Shown piece by piece: positions 35,301 to 47,131 of a stretch of 64,000 bases of DNA; position 1 is the stretch's first letter; every line of letters begins with the position of its first letter. Origin of the DNA: Tetramitus jugosus (taxonomy: Eukaryota > Protista > Heterolobosea); contig OW569346.1 in NCBI GenBank assembly GCA_937625935.1, forward strand, positions 62,001 to 126,000, given 5' to 3'. The translations under genes and the position numbers were made by a program. The notes below the pieces were generated by a model. The model ran no database searches. It worked only from the letters and a program-made list of their open reading frames with translations, and was not told the origin of the DNA.

Positions 35301-36945
35301 TAAATTCAAAACTGACCTAGGAGAAAATATTCAAGTGGACAACCTTCAGGAGGCCATCATGATTGAATTGGAGATTGATCCAGGATTAGCAAACAATAAC
35401 ATTGAATGCAGGTATTTCAACGAGACAGAAAGCAAGTGGAAAAATGATGGTTGTGTCCTTGTGAGTGTATTTAGCGACAGAATTGTCTGTGCATGTAATC
35501 ATACTACCAGTTTTTCGGCGTTTGTTCTTGATAGCAGCTCTCACCCTCGTGTAGCATCCAAGATTGTACAAATCGTCTTCAATTGTATCTATATTGTGAT
35601 CTGCATCGCTATACTGATTGGATTACTTGTCATGCGAAATGAACAACCAATCAAATCTCGAGCAATTGCACCAGTCATCGGTATGAGTTCGGTTCTTGTT
35701 GATGCCACCATTCAAGGATTAATCAGAAACAGTTTAGCATTAGCATCCAAGTACAAAGCATCCAATACCTTCTCGTATGTGATCATGCTGACTGCTAATG
35801 CTTTAACTGTGACAGCACTGTTTGTCTACCTGGTTCAACAAGTTCGCTTCATTCTGCTAGAGAATCTGTACAGTATCATGGCCCTTCAACGAGATAGTAA
35901 GAGGACAATCAAGATCATTCGACTGTTCATTTCGAACAAGTTGTTTGTAGGTTGTGCAGTACTCATATACTCTCTTGTTATAGCCTACTTTGCTATTCTT
36001 GTTGGAATATCTGCCCATTACAACAGCAACGTATCAAAATGGATGAAACAAAGAGATGCTACGACTACAGTTCAAGTGATCTCTTTGTCTGTTTTCATGT
36101 TCTGTATTGCTCTGGGCATATTTGCATGTTTCATACTTGATATAGTGTTATTTGTGAGTCGGATGAAGCGACAAGCTCCTTTGGCAGACGAAAGCCAAGA
36201 CAAAAAGAAGCAGTGGAAATTTCAAGGAGTGAAATTGTTCACTAGCGACCCATTATGGTTCAGATACGAAGCAGTTTCAATTTGTATCTTTTTACTGTTG
36301 ATTGTCATTCTGTACAGCACTGGAATAGATATCATTTGGAGTAAGAATACAAATGAAAGTAGTGGCGTCTTAATATTCAACACCATTGTTGAAATATTAA
36401 TGATGTTCACAAAGATTGTGGCTTTTGGTGGCATGGTGTGTGTTGCATCCATCCATAACTTTAGACAGAGAAAAAAGTTCCAAGACCAATGCACTGAGGA
36501 TAATATTGACTCTAGAGATATTGTTTCCAAGCTGCTATACAACAACGAAGGATACATCATGTTCCACCAATATTGTCAAATGGAGCATTCTTTGGAAAAT
36601 TTATTGTTATGGAAGTACATTGATCAATTGAAGGAAAAGAACGTGGAATCATTGGAAACAAAGGAGAAGAGAGATATCATACTTCATATTGAAACAACAT
36701 TTATCGCCAATGGAAGTGAAATGCAGGTCAATATTTCGTCCAAAGTGAGAAAAACGTTCCTCTCTGTGCGCAACGATCCAGAGGCAACTCAATTTGCTCA
36801 AGCACTTAAAGACCTTACTCAAGCATGTATGGCAAACATGTCCGAAACGTTTACTCGCCTTAGCACGACAACTCAATACGCACACTTTATCCAAGCCGAA
36901 GAATTGAGTATGGAGTTAAAGGAAACATTCACTGCACGTCAATAA
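32385..36945 (+). CDS. Adhesion-GPCR-like receptor: RCC1 repeats, EGF, REJ, GPS, 7TM, RGS; intron 32998-33064
   Basis: Signal peptide; WGxNxxGQLG RCC1 repeats, with the GTATGT..TACTAAC..TAG intron restoring GRNDNGQLG; EGF repeats; GPS CRYF..W..GC..CACNHTTSF; seven hydrophobic helices; RGS YCQMEHSLENLL..QVNIS..ETFTRL. Confidence 0.88.
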
Positions 36946-36996
36946 AAAGGGCAATGTGCTTTTATGGTTTTGATTTATTAGGTGGGCCTTGAATCA

Positions 36997-37596
36997 TTAC
37001 CACGAGTGAATGTCGAACGCCCTATTCAACCAGTCGCAACGCGTATAATCCACATTAATCGTTTCGACTCTCGAATCGAAAAAGTAAGTGTGTCCTTTTT
37101 TTTGGGCAAAGTACGACTCTTTGACATCCGCCATATTTAGAGCGACAGGTGACGCCTCATCACCTTTCCATATCGTGTTAGGCTTGTCTTTTCCCAGTGT
37201 AACTTCTTGGACGACTTCATCGCCTTCATCTGAAATGTGAATAACTGAACGGATTGACATGGATACCCTTCTCTCATTTTCTTCTTCCGTTGGTCTTCTT
37301 TCACATGTTCTCCTTCCACTGTGATGCTGTACTGAACACTCTGGACTCTGTTTGTCTTGTGATAATGGTGGAAGTGATAAGGAAGATGACGACGAGGACG
37401 AGGAACAGGACCGAATGTCCTTTTTTGGTGGCAAATTTTTCTCAATCTTGAACTTGCTCACAAAGTTGATATGTTCGCTGGGTTTGCGAAGAAAATGGTG
37501 GATACCTCGGGGTGATGTCGCCAAAGAGAATGATCGCCGTGTGACGTCTGCGTGCGAGACATCATTTATCATCAAATCGAGAATGGCGACATCCAC
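36997..37596 (-). CDS. Hypothetical protein (start uncertain)
   Basis: ORF of about 190-199 aa between the receptor gene and CASP; no recognisable domain. Confidence 0.45.
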   Translation of the reverse strand: MDVAILDLMINDVSHADVTRRSFSLATSPRGIHHFLRKPSEHINFVSKFKIEKNLPPKKDIRSCSSSSSSSSLSLPPLSQDKQSPECSVQHHSGRRTCERRPTEEENERRVSMSIRSVIHISDEGDEVVQEVTLGKDKPNTIWKGDEASPVALNMADVKESYFAQKKGHTYFFDSRVETINVDYTRCDWLNRAFDIHSW

Positions 37597-37692
37597 TAAA
37601 AGGGAGAAAATCTACCGCACCATTCAAAGTTCAGTTGCCAGAAAAAGTAACCGGTACATTTTGATTGTGATTGTTTAATGATGCACACGTTA

Positions 37693-39957
37693 TCAATCAT
37701 GGTTGGAACCACACAAAGGTTGATGTGACAGCCTGTAACTGACAGCAAATACCAGCAAGTGCAGAGCGATCAAATAGAAGAAGACAAAGAGCCGAGAGTA
37801 CTTGTGCGACAGCATGAGACGTGTCATACTAAAAGTAATCTTCTCTGGTGCCGTCAACTTTTTGTACTCTGACGTCTTTTCGTTCTTGTGGAACTGTTTG
37901 AATGGATCCAGTTTTTGTTCGTACAGTTTCTTGTATTTGTCTCCTATTGGATCCTCGAGATCCATGTTTGGATTGTACGACTTGTTGACGTTCCTTTGAA
38001 CTGATCCGCGCGAGGAACGGTCGGTTTTTTCTTCGTTCACCGGTAATAAGGATACAACTGACGATGACGACGAGGAAGAGTCATTGGCATTATAGCTCTG
38101 CAAATACCGAATCTTTTCGTATAGTGATACATTGTCCTTTTGCAGGATGTTCAGATCGTTTTGAACACGAGCGAGTTTCTCGTTCAACAGTTGATTCTCT
38201 TCCTCGACCTCATGAAGTCGCTTCTTGAATCGATTTCTTTGTTCAGTCACAATTTGAAGCATTGTTGATCCTTGTTCCTTTCCTGACGGCGCAGCAGCAG
38301 CGGAGGCAGATGTTGATGTTGTTGAAGAATTGCTTGTTTGACCGTCTTGGTTGAACATTGTCGCAGCGTTTGAATCGGTTGCTATTGGTGATGGAGGAAC
38401 AACCTGCTCTGAGGCCAAATCATTTTCTAGTTTTTGGATCAATTCTTGCTGTTCTGCAGTCTTGCGTCTCAAATCGTTCAATTCCTCATCAGAAATCTTT
38501 AGTTGCTGCTCTGACTCGGATGCCAATCGCTTAGTTTTTGTGATTTGATCCTCTAAGTATCGGTTCTTCTCAGACAATAATTGCTCTACTGATTTTTGAG
38601 AGATGGAGTCCGGATCCGTTGTCGTAGAACTAAATGCCAACTCCTCCAACATTCTCGCTCGTTCCTTCATTTGATTGTACGCTTCATCAGTTGGTCTCTT
38701 GAGCAACAATTGCTCCAGTTCGAGAATCTTGATATTGGACTCGGAGACTTGCTTTTGCAACTTTTCGCTTCGTTCCTTCTTCTGATCGAGAGATGACTGT
38801 AGATTCTGTATCGTTAATAGGAGTTGCTTCATTTGCGCTTCTCTCTGTGCTCTCACGAGTTCATCTTCGGCTTCATTGTCCTGCTGATTCGACTCGTCAC
38901 TGCCCTTGTCTTGACCACCACTGTTGTCATTGTTACTTGTTGATGATGCATTGCTTCGTCCTCGTATCTGACTCAACTGTTCTCTCAACATATCATTCTC
39001 ACTCTGCAGTGAAACAACACTTTGGCTCAGTGAGGCAATTTCTTCGTTCATGGTTTCGAATTGAGACTGCTGATTCGACTCTGTCTCCTCATTTCTCGAC
39101 TTTACATTAAACAGTTCATTCTGCGCATTTTCATACAATTGTTGTACGCTTGTCAACTCTTGTCTCGCCAAATGGACCTGATGCGTCATGATTTGCTCCT
39201 TTTCTCTGTAGTGTGATAAAAATTCTTCTCGTTCTCTCTGCCACTCACTCTGCTTCACTTCCAATTCTCTCTCAATACGTTTCGCCATTGAATTCTCATA
39301 TTCGGACACCTTTTTTTCCAATGAGTGAATCTTGACATCTTGATCCTTCAAATGAATAAACTCTTCTTCATAGTGACGCAACTGATTCTTCAATCGTTCC
39401 ACTTCATCATCACTCATCTTCATTGATGATGAAGATGATGACTCTATTGAAGCATTTTCATGATGAGAAGAATTGGCAGTCGCCACCAACAGAGCTGCTG
39501 CATCCAGTGAAAGAGAAGGATCAGGTGCCTCTCTCAACTCATTGTACAACTCTAGAAACGACGTTTCAGACGATAGTGATCTCTTGGTCAGTGCATCAAC
39601 CTCATCCTGATAGCTCTTTAACAATTTTGCAAATCTTGTCAACTTTTCAGCATCCTTCAACTTTTTGAAAGCTTTTGTTTCTTGTGAGAGAGTCTTACGT
39701 GCATTGGAGCTCTTTTCTCTCTGTGTGGCAATGTCCAGTCCTTGCTTGTCCAGAATTTCCTTTTTTGAGTTGAGTCCAATCTCTGTTATGAAAAGTGAGA
39801 ATAAGCTTATCGCGCGTTTTTTCTTTTTTTTTCAGAAAACAAAACTACAGAAAAAAACAAACGTACGTTTCCAGTGATCTCTGACCCGAGTCAGATCAGT
39901 CAATACATCAGAAGTCTGATTATGGTCGTCGTTATTGTTGTTGTTCAATGACGACAT
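37693..39957 (-). CDS. Golgin CASP/Coy1 (CUX1 alternative-product family); exons 39867-39957 and 37693-39782
   Basis: Motifs LLKSYQDEVDALTKRS..E..FL..Y..L..APDP, IVTEQRNRFK, DNVSLYEKIRYLQSY, Y..KLDPF..F and a C-terminal TM (YLIALHLLVF). Intron 39783-39866 (GTACGT..CAG) gives HWKQIGL. Confidence 0.9.
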
Positions 39958-40119
39958 GTTATTGGGTATGATGGAAATGATCAAACAAAATGGTTTTTCT
40001 TTGTTCTTTTTTTTTGGGGAAAGCCGAATTTCGGAGATTCAATGTGAGAAAATGGATCGATTCAGACAAAAAAAGAACTGTCGGGCTTCAACAAAGAACA
40101 AAAGCTGGTAGCTGTGACA

Positions 40120-41427
40120 ATGATGCTGTCCCATGTAGTACCACCCAGTCATGATGGCGATGGAAGAGAAATGGTGCTACAGTCATCAACACTGCCAATT
40201 ATTGACTCCTCACAGGCTCATTCAGTGGTTGGCGCCAACAATATTGCTTCTCCAGGCTTGGATGATATTGCAAGTCGAACGCTGCTTACACCGGACCATC
40301 AAGCAGACATTGAATTTCCCGATCCTGCACGGTCATGCTTGTTTTTTGTTCGATTTTTTAAAGGAGTGATGTATCCGCTTAATGCTGTGAAGCTTTGCTT
40401 TACGGAACGGTATATTTTGATGAGTATATTGGAGGCTTCAATCGTTGGAGTGCTCGTGTATTTGATTCTGGCTTTTGGAGTCGTTTGTGGCTACTTGACG
40501 ACGATTGCCATGTGGCACAAGCCAACGGATCGTAGATGGCACTGGTGGCGCAAATTTTTCCCCTACAATATGTTTGGACTGTGGGTCGTTGTGATTATTC
40601 TGTGGTGCTTGTTCTATATTTCAATCCTATTCTTGATTCTTCTCGTGCCCTTCCGTGCTGCCATGGATGCCAGTTGTCGCAAATTGTCTTTGCTCGTTGA
40701 GCGCAGAATGCGCAAAGAGCAGATTCGGTTGAGGCATATTGTGTTTGGAGAGGATGAGGGATCAGGAGGTGAACCAGCTCCCGAATGTTGCACATGGGAG
40801 TGGATTGTCAAGTGGGTGAAATCCTATGCATGGAGAATTGTTCATGGCTATTTCAACCAATTCAAGTCCATTTTGAAGAAGTTGATCAAGAGATATGCAG
40901 GTCGATTTCTGACATTTGCTATCACAAATGCTCTTACATTTATGCTCGGGTTTTTGGTGCCTGGTGTGGGATTGATCGTGTCCACGATTCTGTTCTTTAT
41001 TCGCCTGTTTTTAGAGATGGGATTAACAGGATTGGATGTCGTAATGGATCGTCGAGGCCTCGGCTTCTTCGAAGTCCAGAGAACAATATGGAACAACTTC
41101 TCGCTCATATCAGGACTTGGATTTGGTCTCGTATTGGTTGCTCTCTTTCCTGGTGGAATACTGCTGCTGTACCCGGTAACAGTCATTTCTGCCACTAGAT
41201 TGTTTGTCCATTTGGAGCATCATGAACACACTGGACAGAGTGATGAGTTTTGGGATCTACCCATGTGCTTTGCTCTTTCAGTAAATTATGGGAACAGATG
41301 CTTCATCAGAGTTATACCACGAAGCAAACGCAAGATGAAATCAATATTGCGTCGTAATAGAGAGCAAAACCAGACACAGTGGCCGTACAACAATGAAGTA
41401 GAGCTTCAGAAGAATGATCCTATTTAG
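40120..41427 (+). CDS. EI24/CysZ-like multi-pass membrane protein
   Basis: FFKGVMYPL..; LSLLVERR; VPGVG; LDVVMDRRGLGF; GLGFG..FPGG..LYPVTVISAT pattern. Confidence 0.65.
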   Translation: MMLSHVVPPSHDGDGREMVLQSSTLPIIDSSQAHSVVGANNIASPGLDDIASRTLLTPDHQADIEFPDPARSCLFFVRFFKGVMYPLNAVKLCFTERYILMSILEASIVGVLVYLILAFGVVCGYLTTIAMWHKPTDRRWHWWRKFFPYNMFGLWVVVIILWCLFYISILFLILLVPFRAAMDASCRKLSLLVERRMRKEQIRLRHIVFGEDEGSGGEPAPECCTWEWIVKWVKSYAWRIVHGYFNQFKSILKKLIKRYAGRFLTFAITNALTFMLGFLVPGVGLIVSTILFFIRLFLEMGLTGLDVVMDRRGLGFFEVQRTIWNNFSLISGLGFGLVLVALFPGGILLLYPVTVISATRLFVHLEHHEHTGQSDEFWDLPMCFALSVNYGNRCFIRVIPRSKRKMKSILRRNREQNQTQWPYNNEVELQKNDPI

Positions 41428-41707
41428 TGTAATCAAGTTCCATTGACTCAATTGAGATTTCACTAACATGTTGACACATGTAGATAGACACCAAACCTTG
41501 AAGGAAGTTGAAAGAAAATCCAAATTCGGACTCAAAGGAAGAGTGTGATTGATAGGTTGTGGAGTGTACTCTCAAAAGAAATTGAGGACATCACATTGAT
41601 GTTGCTTTTATTGCTCTATCCTTTGATTCGTCGTCAATATCACTTCACATTAGATTAACACCGTGGCCATAAGTGTGTTGCTTCCTTAGAGATCTCAAGA
41701 TGTATAG

Positions 41708-43120
41708 TTATTTGGTTGGTGCAAATAAACTTTTGTAGCCATACTTTGGAGCGTAATTTAATACAAATCCTTGATCATCCTTCTCTACAAATACACTAGC
41801 ACTCGGATACAGACCAGCGTCTTTCAATGTGATATCCCAATCATCGCACTGACTGAACTTCCTTCGTGGATATCGCGAACAAATCCGTATTCCATTCGTA
41901 TAGGAATTTGGAGCTGTTCCCACAACATTCACTCTCCACCAATGATGATAACCCAAACGATGGCGAATATCATCATCATCATCATTATCGTCGTTATTCT
42001 CATCCTTGAAGTTGCAATAATTGTCATTTGTTTCACACAGAGTGTAATCTTCATGTTCGTGCCCTGAGACATGATTTCCATGAGCCATCTGCATCACATA
42101 TTCACACACTTGTCTCACAGTATCACTTGAACAAAACTGTGCAGTGAACACTGTCCCATCAATCATGTGGACACGAACCATCATCGGCAAAGAATCATCC
42201 TCCCCAGCAGATTCATCACTCATCTTCATTTGACAATTCTTCTTTCGTAGAGAATAATAGGGAACATACAATACTTGTTCGTGTCGCTTCTTCACAATGC
42301 GACTCGGTCTCAATGGTGATTGATTCGATACGTTGGCAGCTGATCTCGTATCAATGTAACGAGTAAAGACGGCCCATGCTGAATTTCTCTTCTTCTTTCC
42401 ACGATTGGATGCTTGTTCTCTCAATTCCTCAATCATGATTCTTCTGCCTTCCATATCATCATTATCCACCTGTTCATTTTCACTTGCATTTGACTCCACA
42501 TTTTCTAGAGTATTGCTAGCATTGGCATGTGCTTGCTCAGGAGCATGGGTCTCTGAGAGTGGTAATGGTACTTGTCTCACATTCTCCTTCAAATGCTCTT
42601 GTTTAACAACACTTGATTGCTCTTCAACTAGAGTTGCTATTGAGGTGGAAACTTGATCTTGTTGTTGCTGTTGCTGTTGCGAAGAATCATCATTGTTTGA
42701 TGCAAACGAGGCCAAAATCTTTTCAAAAGTAGTCGCAGGACTATCCAGTATGGCAGCACTATGGTTGTTCAAAAGAGTGGAGATGGTTGTTGTGGCAGTG
42801 ATTGTATCATTGTTGGTAATGTTGTTTTGGTGATTGGTTAGAATGGTGGTTGTAGTGGTTGTGGTTGTTGTGAGAGTGGTGGTTGAAGGTGGAGTGATTG
42901 AAGCCAAAATTTCTTCGTCTGTGCTGGGAGTGAACCAACTGCCTGGTGGAGGTCGCTTGTGCATCCCTTGACCCCACTCTCTTCTCATATCAGCTCTCCA
43001 GCTGGTCACAGTCAAAGTGACCCCTGGATCCGAACGGTTTCCCGTAGGTGGTGTCGGAGTCGAACGATGTTTCTCCGTCATTTTTTGGCGGTACTCTGAG
43101 AGTTGGTCGCAAGGAAGCAT
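41708..43120 (-). CDS. UBX-domain protein
   Basis: C-terminal UBX: VRVHMIDGTVFTAQF..DTVRQV..YPRRKF..TLKDAGLYPSASVFV, with an internal insertion. Start uncertain. Confidence 0.75.
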   Translation of the reverse strand: MLPCDQLSEYRQKMTEKHRSTPTPPTGNRSDPGVTLTVTSWRADMRREWGQGMHKRPPPGSWFTPSTDEEILASITPPSTTTLTTTTTTTTTILTNHQNNITNNDTITATTTISTLLNNHSAAILDSPATTFEKILASFASNNDDSSQQQQQQQDQVSTSIATLVEEQSSVVKQEHLKENVRQVPLPLSETHAPEQAHANASNTLENVESNASENEQVDNDDMEGRRIMIEELREQASNRGKKKRNSAWAVFTRYIDTRSAANVSNQSPLRPSRIVKKRHEQVLYVPYYSLRKKNCQMKMSDESAGEDDSLPMMVRVHMIDGTVFTAQFCSSDTVRQVCEYVMQMAHGNHVSGHEHEDYTLCETNDNYCNFKDENNDDNDDDDDIRHRLGYHHWWRVNVVGTAPNSYTNGIRICSRYPRRKFSQCDDWDITLKDAGLYPSASVFVEKDDQGFVLNYAPKYGYKSLFAPTK

Positions 43121-43349
43121 ATTGAATGAGAAAGACAAAGAAAAAAGTGTTGATGTGCTCTACTGTTTGTTTTTTTATATGAGATATATCTGCCAACAGA
43201 CAAAAAAAAAGACTAAGGCAAGATCAGGTGTGTTTTTTGTTTTTTGAGTTGGTGGTTTTTGTGCTTGTTTTCTGAACTGGAAGTCTCGGTTCTTTTTTGT
43301 TCAGGGACGGCAGAAAGACAAAACGAAAAAGATTAGAAAGACGGTTAAA

Positions 43350-44867
43350 ATGGTCTCAATGCGGGAGTCTTTTTCATCTTTCACGTGGCTGCACATTCTG
43401 TTGTTCAGTTTGTTTCCCATTGGTTTCACAATGATTCACTCCTTTTCTCACACGGTTCAATTGCCACTTCAAATTCAGAGCTTGTTGGGTGGTGATGAGA
43501 CAAGGACCAAGACCATGGTTGCCATTAGTTCCTTGTTCACTGCGGTCAGTGTTGCCATCTTTACTTTTTTTGCTGGGTTCTTATCTGATCATATGAAGAC
43601 AAAATTTGGTCGAAGGAAACCCTTCTTGTTGTTGGGTACTGTGGGCACTGTTTGTAGCTTTGTGTTGCGATACAATTTGTTTACTGGAAAGAGTGCATTG
43701 GGGCTCTTGTTGAACATTGTGCTACTGTGTGTTCAGGATGGAGCTCAAGCGTTGGCTGTAGTTGGTTTTTTGGCGTTGATACTCGACGTGTTTCAAAATG
43801 TTCACTACGGTTTCATTTCTGTGCTGTATGCGGTTGTGCATTTGATTGGAGCAGTGTTGGGTGCAATGCTGTTTGGAAGTTTTTTGGATACGACGCAACA
43901 TCCGACTTGGTTGGTGGTTGGATTGTGCTCATTTGTAGTTGTGATTACAATTGGAATGTTGTTCGTTCAGAGAGAGCCCGATAGGAATTATGCAAATCAA
44001 CTACAGTTTTCTTATGTAGTTTCAGACGAGGATACAGTTGTGGAAGATGATCTTCCAGTGCCGTCTCACCAAAGCAGCACCATTTCATCGTTTGTGCAGA
44101 GTGTGCCTGTTATGGTCTTTGAATATTTTAAGCCGCTCCAGAGTCGACATTTTCTGTTGCTTGTATCGAGTTTGGCATGCTTCTCATTGGCTGTTCACAT
44201 GTTTAAGCACATGTCTCTGTTTTACATTCGAGCAAAGTTTGTCTCTTCATTGGAAGAGGCCCAGAATGAATACATTTCCTATTGGTCGATGGTTTACCTG
44301 TCAGGCATTATTGGATCACTGATTCCTTTGAGTTTGATCCTGTTGCGAAGAGGAGAGAAGATTTTGATTTGTTTGTCTGGTGCCGCATTTGTCATATGTT
44401 GTATTATAGTTAGTGTAGCCAAAAAGTATCTGCTTGTTTGGTTGACAGCATTTATTGTTGGACCAGCTATTGTGAGTGTCTACTCGATTATTTTAGCAAT
44501 AGTTCTCAGCATCTCTGACGAATACAAGTATCATGCAACTGGAGTTTCTCTCTTTTATTTGGCTCACATGGGTGTGCAGGAACTAGCTAACCCACTTGGG
44601 GCATCACTAGTGTTTCCAATACCGCGTGCAGGATACTTTCTGTTGTTCTTTTTCTGTGGATTGTTCAGTGTCCTGTCGGCAGTACAGTTCCTACTAATGC
44701 GAGTACCAGAGAGTTACTCTTCAACAAATGTCATGCTAGCAATGAAGAGTAATGAGAATGGTAATTTGGGATTGCATGGTGATGAACAAGAAGAAATCCC
44801 ACAACAAGACGAAGAATCATACCAACAAGCAACAATCACCACTGAAGAAGAAGTACCCGATAGATAA
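43350..44867 (+). CDS. MFS transporter (SLC45/sucrose-transporter-like)
   Basis: About 12 TM helices; GFLSDHMKTKFGRRKPFL motif A variant. Confidence 0.85.
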   Translation: MVSMRESFSSFTWLHILLFSLFPIGFTMIHSFSHTVQLPLQIQSLLGGDETRTKTMVAISSLFTAVSVAIFTFFAGFLSDHMKTKFGRRKPFLLLGTVGTVCSFVLRYNLFTGKSALGLLLNIVLLCVQDGAQALAVVGFLALILDVFQNVHYGFISVLYAVVHLIGAVLGAMLFGSFLDTTQHPTWLVVGLCSFVVVITIGMLFVQREPDRNYANQLQFSYVVSDEDTVVEDDLPVPSHQSSTISSFVQSVPVMVFEYFKPLQSRHFLLLVSSLACFSLAVHMFKHMSLFYIRAKFVSSLEEAQNEYISYWSMVYLSGIIGSLIPLSLILLRRGEKILICLSGAAFVICCIIVSVAKKYLLVWLTAFIVGPAIVSVYSIILAIVLSISDEYKYHATGVSLFYLAHMGVQELANPLGASLVFPIPRAGYFLLFFFCGLFSVLSAVQFLLMRVPESYSSTNVMLAMKSNENGNLGLHGDEQEEIPQQDEESYQQATITTEEEVPDR

Positions 44868-44909
44868 CAAATACAACTTAAATTATTTTACACATGAATA
44901 ATATTGTTT

Positions 44910-45635
44910 TCAGTGAATTCCCAGGATTCTTAGCGTAAAGTACGCTGTTAATGGTACAGTAATGTTATCTACATCACTCGGAGAGAATGCTTCTGCAACT
45001 GTGGCAACTGCACTAGCGACCAAATGAGCACCAATCAAGTATGCACTAGGCCATCCAAACACACAAAAATGCATCAGCAAGCCACCGAGGAACGAAGCAA
45101 TTAACATGACTCCACTACCCACATATGTCTTTTGTCGACCAAACGTCGTGTACTGCTGATTCTTGTTGCTCTCACCACCACCGAATCTCTCTCCAAAATA
45201 GGGTGCCAAGCCATCGCCAAAGCTCAATGTAGACAATGTGAGCACACCGATCCTTGTCATGAACAATTGAAATCCAATCACACACATCACAATCAAATAG
45301 TAGAGTGGCCCAGCCAACAACTCTCTAGGATCACCACTGCGAGACATGCTTCTCACATCATTATCCTCTCGGTCCGTGAGAAACAAGCCCTTGTACAATA
45401 GTACAATTGCATAAATGAGGGGAGCAGTCATTGCAAACATCCAACTGTATCCTTCACTACGATCGAAAAACTGCCATGTAAGCATCCAGGTTCCTGCCAA
45501 CACGTGGATCAGTTTGCGTGAGAGTTTCACTCCTACAATATTGTACTTGACAAGCATAGAACATGCAAAGGTGATTGATTTGACATAGATTATGGTGCCA
45601 ACAGTGGCAAGCAGATTATGAATAATGACACCCAT
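44910..45635 (-). CDS. Phytol/farnesol kinase-like polyprenol kinase (CTP-dependent)
   Basis: Motifs SRKLIH, SMSRSGDPRELLAGPLYY, GDGLA..G, KTYVGS and DNITVP. Confidence 0.88.
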   Translation of the reverse strand: MGVIIHNLLATVGTIIYVKSITFACSMLVKYNIVGVKLSRKLIHVLAGTWMLTWQFFDRSEGYSWMFAMTAPLIYAIVLLYKGLFLTDREDNDVRSMSRSGDPRELLAGPLYYLIVMCVIGFQLFMTRIGVLTLSTLSFGDGLAPYFGERFGGGESNKNQQYTTFGRQKTYVGSGVMLIASFLGGLLMHFCVFGWPSAYLIGAHLVASAVATVAEAFSPSDVDNITVPLTAYFTLRILGIH

Positions 45636-46009
45636 CAGAAGGAATGTTTGATGTTCTTGAAAAAGCTTTTTTCCAGATCAAAATCGTTTTTGGCGCGCAG
45701 AAGGGTTTTCCTTTTTTGTTGCAGCGATCTGTGGAAAAAATGCAGACTTGAGAAAATGTGTATTTATGATTAAATGATTGTATCAGATAAATCTTTCAAT
45801 TGACAGCACCTCCTCCTTTCATACTTGCCCGGAGTACTCAGACCAAATTTTTTCAATCATCAGATCCGAGAAAAAACACTTTAGAAATCGAACTTCGTTC
45901 CAAAGATGTTCTGATACATTGGGAGTCCAGATATTCACCTCCTGCCTGTTTTGAATAAATTTGAATAACACATTGTCCTGTAAATTCGAACGTTACATTA
46001 ATTCTCCCA

Positions 46010-46060
46010 CTAGGATTGGGGTCTATGAATAAATTTCACAGACCCCCTTCCTAGGGGGTC
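46010..46060. repeat. Overlapping inverted repeats/hairpins
   Basis: 46010-46029 pairs with 46035-46054 (17/20 bp); alternative perfect 8-bp hairpin GACCCCCT-TCCT-AGGGGGTC at 46041-46060. Confidence 0.7.
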
Positions 46061-46399
46061 GTAAGAAATAATATCTGGGAGCTCCCATTGACACCTCAAC
46101 CTAGTCTCAGTTCGAACTTGACTATAAAATTACTCTCCATCCTCGATCTAAGCCTCAACAACACTTAGCAGACATGATTCATACATTATTTCAACTTTTA
46201 TTTTTTCTTTTTGTTGTTTCGATCCGATTGGGTACAGAGCATGGAATTAGTTATTGCTCATTAGAGCAGCTTGAACATATGATGATTATCACGAACACCA
46301 CCTTACCTTTTCCCACCTGTTGCACCTTATCCACATCAATGAAAATTTCTTCCTTGATATTTTATGAAAGACTGTTTCTTTTCATTGTCCTCTCCTGCT

Positions 46400-46673
46400 T
46401 CACCATAGGAACTCTTGATACATCTTGGTAAGCTTCTTACTGACAGCATTGGCAGGATCACGTGGGCGTTGAAGGAAGCGCTTTGCTTCCATCTACACTG
46501 GCATGGATAGAAGATCCCGAAGCAAAGCTTCAGCATACGTCCCATTACAAAAAGCCTGTGTTGTACTTGTTGCACACACTTGACATTTTTAGTGCTCGTC
46601 CGAGCATGGCCTTGATGTCGTCCTCCGGCTTACCTTTGACACCATGGCGGACGGCCTTCTTGGTACAATCAAC
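46400..46673 (-). repeat. Degenerate inverted copy of the RRM/ORF1-like repeat
   Basis: The reverse complement aligns by eye to about 47363-47640 (e.g. GGAGGACGACATCAAGGCCATGCTCGG, GGAAGCAAAGCGCTTCCTTC). Confidence 0.85.
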
Positions 46674-46995
46674 TTTTTACTTTAGGCCTCCGAAAAGTTA
46701 AAAAACGTTTTCAGTTTTCCTTTCCGTTCCGAATAATTCCCTGGGTAAAAGCACTTATTGGGTCGTACGAAACTTTGTTCAGGCTGATGTACTTCCTACC
46801 ATATGTATAATATCATAACAGAAAGAACAATGCTAGTAGGCTGTATTCAAGATACTGAAGATGCCAGAATGCAACTGCAACAATTATTGAGAGAGGGAGT
46901 AAAAAATGCTGATATACTACTAGCTGCCATTGATTATTTTCAATAACGCCTGCAGCAATTTTAAATCAATGCATCATGCGTTCAAAAAACGAGTT

Positions 46996-47068
46996 CGCCT
47001 TCCGGGGGGCTCGAACCCCCGACCGTTGGGTTAAAAGCCCAACGCTCTACCGACTGAGCTAGGGAGGC
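46996..47068 (-). tRNA. tRNA-Lys(TTT)
   Basis: GCCTCCCTAGCTCAGTCGGTAGAGCG-TTGGG-CTTTTAA-CCCAA-CGGTC-GGGGG-TTCGAGC-CCCC-GGAAGGC-G; one acceptor-stem mismatch; T6 terminator downstream. Confidence 0.93.
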
Positions 47069-47131
47069 TTCTATATACAATTAAATTTCGTTGATTAATG
47101 GCCGAAAAATACACTAAAAACGCAAACGCCG

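Noticed and set aside
45821-45832. ATACTTGCCCGG resembling the U1 snRNA 5' end
   Set aside because: It has mismatches in the splice-site pairing region, and no U1 stem-loops or Sm site are recognisable downstream.
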